From an uncultured delta proteobacterium (GTDB taxonomy: Bacteria; Myxococcota; Myxococcia; Myxococcales; Anaeromyxobacteraceae): DNA of 64,000 bases. Shown here piece by piece: positions 62,737 to 64,000 of the stretch. Location of the stretch: positions 448,001 to 512,000 of the forward strand of contig CAWFDF010000012.1 in NCBI GenBank assembly GCA_963814585.1, written 5' to 3'. The position numbers were made by a program, and so were the translations under genes. A model generated the notes under the pieces. That model was given only the letters and a program-made list of their open reading frames with translations, was not told the DNA's origin and ran no database searches. The number at the start of each line of letters is the position of its first letter. The stretch's first letter is position 1.

Positions 62737-64000
62737 GGCTGCCTCCCGAGTGCTTCGTTGGTGGTGATCGAGATGCCCGCGGGGCTCGGCTCCGGGCGGG
62801 CTCGCCTCCGGTTGATGAGGAGGGCGAGGACCGGCGGGGTGATCAGCGTGGTGAGCATCACCATCACCACGAAGACCGAGAACTGGACGTCGTCGACGAC
62901 GCCCAGGGTCTTGCCCACCACGGCGAAGATCAGCCCCACCTCGCCACGGGGCACCATGGCCCAGCCCACCATCCAGCGGTTCACCGATCCGGCCACGGCC
63001 CCGGCGGCGAGCTTCCCGATCACCGCGATCGCCGTCACCGCCAGCGCGACGACCACCACCGAGGGGTCGGCGAGGACGCCCAGGTTCACCTGCATCCCGG
63101 TGAAGACGAAGAAGAGCGGTACCAGGAGGTGCCCGACCGGCTCCACCAGCGACTGCAGGTGGTGCCTGGCACTGTGACCCAGGACCTCGTCCACCCGGTG
63201 CCGCATCTCCGGGCTGGCCGAGGCCACGGCCTGACGAACCGCCCCGTGCAGCTCGGGCGCGGGGAAGTCCTTGAAGGTCACCTCGTCCAGGATCAGACCG
63301 GCCGCGAAGGCGCCGACGATGGGGGCGAGGCCGATGGCGTGAGCCAGGAACGCCAGGACCAGGCAGACCGAGATGGCCAGGGTGAACTTCATGGCGGCGC
63401 CGGACTGGACCCGGGAGAAGAGCCGGCTCAGCGTCGGGGCCAGCCGGTGGCCGAGCACGATGGCGCCGCCCAGGAAGAGGACCGACTTGGCCACCACCCA
63501 GGCGATCTCGCCCGGGCCGACCGAGCCGGTCGTCACCACGGCCGAGACCGCGGCCAGGATCATGAGCCCGATGACGTCGTCGATGATGGCCGCCCCGAGG
63601 ACGATCTGGGCCTCCGGCGATCGCAGGAAGCGGAGATCCTTGAAGACGCGCGCCGTGATGCCCACGCTGGTCGCCGTCAACGTGGCGCCGAAGAAGAGGT
63701 AGGTCCCGGTGGACTGGCCTGGGAAGAGGACCGGTCCGACCACGGCGGTGCCGAGCGCGAAGGGCACGACCACCCCGACCACGGCCACCAGGAGGGCACG
63801 CACGCCCACCCGCCGGAGCTCCGTGATGCTGCTCTCCAGTCCGATCTGGAAGAGCAGGATCACCACGCCGAGCTCGGCCAGGAAGGCCACGTACTGATCG
63901 TGCTTGATGGGCTCGACCAGCCCGAGTCCGACCAGGGCGAGGTTGCCAACGGCGACGCCGGCCAGGAGCTCGCCGAGCACGCCGGGCATCCCGAAGCGCT
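62733..64000 (-). CDS. Cation:proton antiporter (CPA2), 5' end outside the window
   Basis: PGVLGELLAG, LLFQIGLE, ATSVGI, AAIIDD, GAFAAG, PRGEV. Confidence 0.9.
   Translation of the reverse strand, partial: RFGMPGVLGELLAGVAVGNLALVGLGLVEPIKHDQYVAFLAELGVVILLFQIGLESSITELRRVGVRALLVAVVGVVVPFALGTAVVGPVLFPGQSTGTYLFFGATLTATSVGITARVFKDLRFLRSPEAQIVLGAAIIDDVIGLMILAAVSAVVTTGSVGPGEIAWVVAKSVLFLGGAIVLGHRLAPTLSRLFSRVQSGAAMKFTLAISVCLVLAFLAHAIGLAPIVGAFAAGLILDEVTFKDFPAPELHGAVRQAVASASPEMRHRVDEVLGHSARHHLQSLVEPVGHLLVPLFFVFTGMQVNLGVLADPSVVVVALAVTAIAVIGKLAAGAVAGSVNRWMVGWAMVPRGEVGLIFAVVGKTLGVVDDVQFSVFVVMVMLTTLITPPVLALLINRRRARPEPSPAGISITTNEALGRQP

Overview
GC-rich chromosomal window from an Anaeromyxobacter-like myxobacterium (inferred from mglBA, Glt-like TPR genes and gene order). 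From left to right: (1) a minus-strand run of tadA, tRNA-Ser(CGA), tRNA-Ser(GGA), ffs (SRP RNA), dnaX, ybaB, recR, mglB and mglA, followed by five secreted/TPR genes resembling a gliding-transducer (glt) paralogue cluster; (2) a ~1,200-aa Cys-rich repeat/Ig-like lipoprotein, a radical SAM enzyme, DsbA, a DUF4388-like protein, truD, a GAF protein, an OmpA/DUF4398 pair, PspC and a mitochondrial-type citrate synthase; (3) a tandem WYL pair closely resembling actinobacterial PafB/PafC, divergent from a DUF1054-like gene and a small Zn-finger gene; (4) metabolic and lipoprotein genes, then argC, an argJ-argB fusion and argR with an ARG box, tRNA-Leu(CAG) and dsbD; (5) a reduced isc operon (iscS, iscU, hscB, hscA) with an IscR-like box and a 179-bp MITE-like element where iscA usually lies; (6) an ion/osmotic block: CLC antiporter, a glycosyltransferase lacking its DxD motif, malQ, treS, MarR, MscS, P-type ATPase, USP and a cation/H+ antiporter. 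Several small indels in conserved genes look like read errors. No CRISPR array, integrase or transposase was seen. All family assignments come from motif recognition, not database searches.
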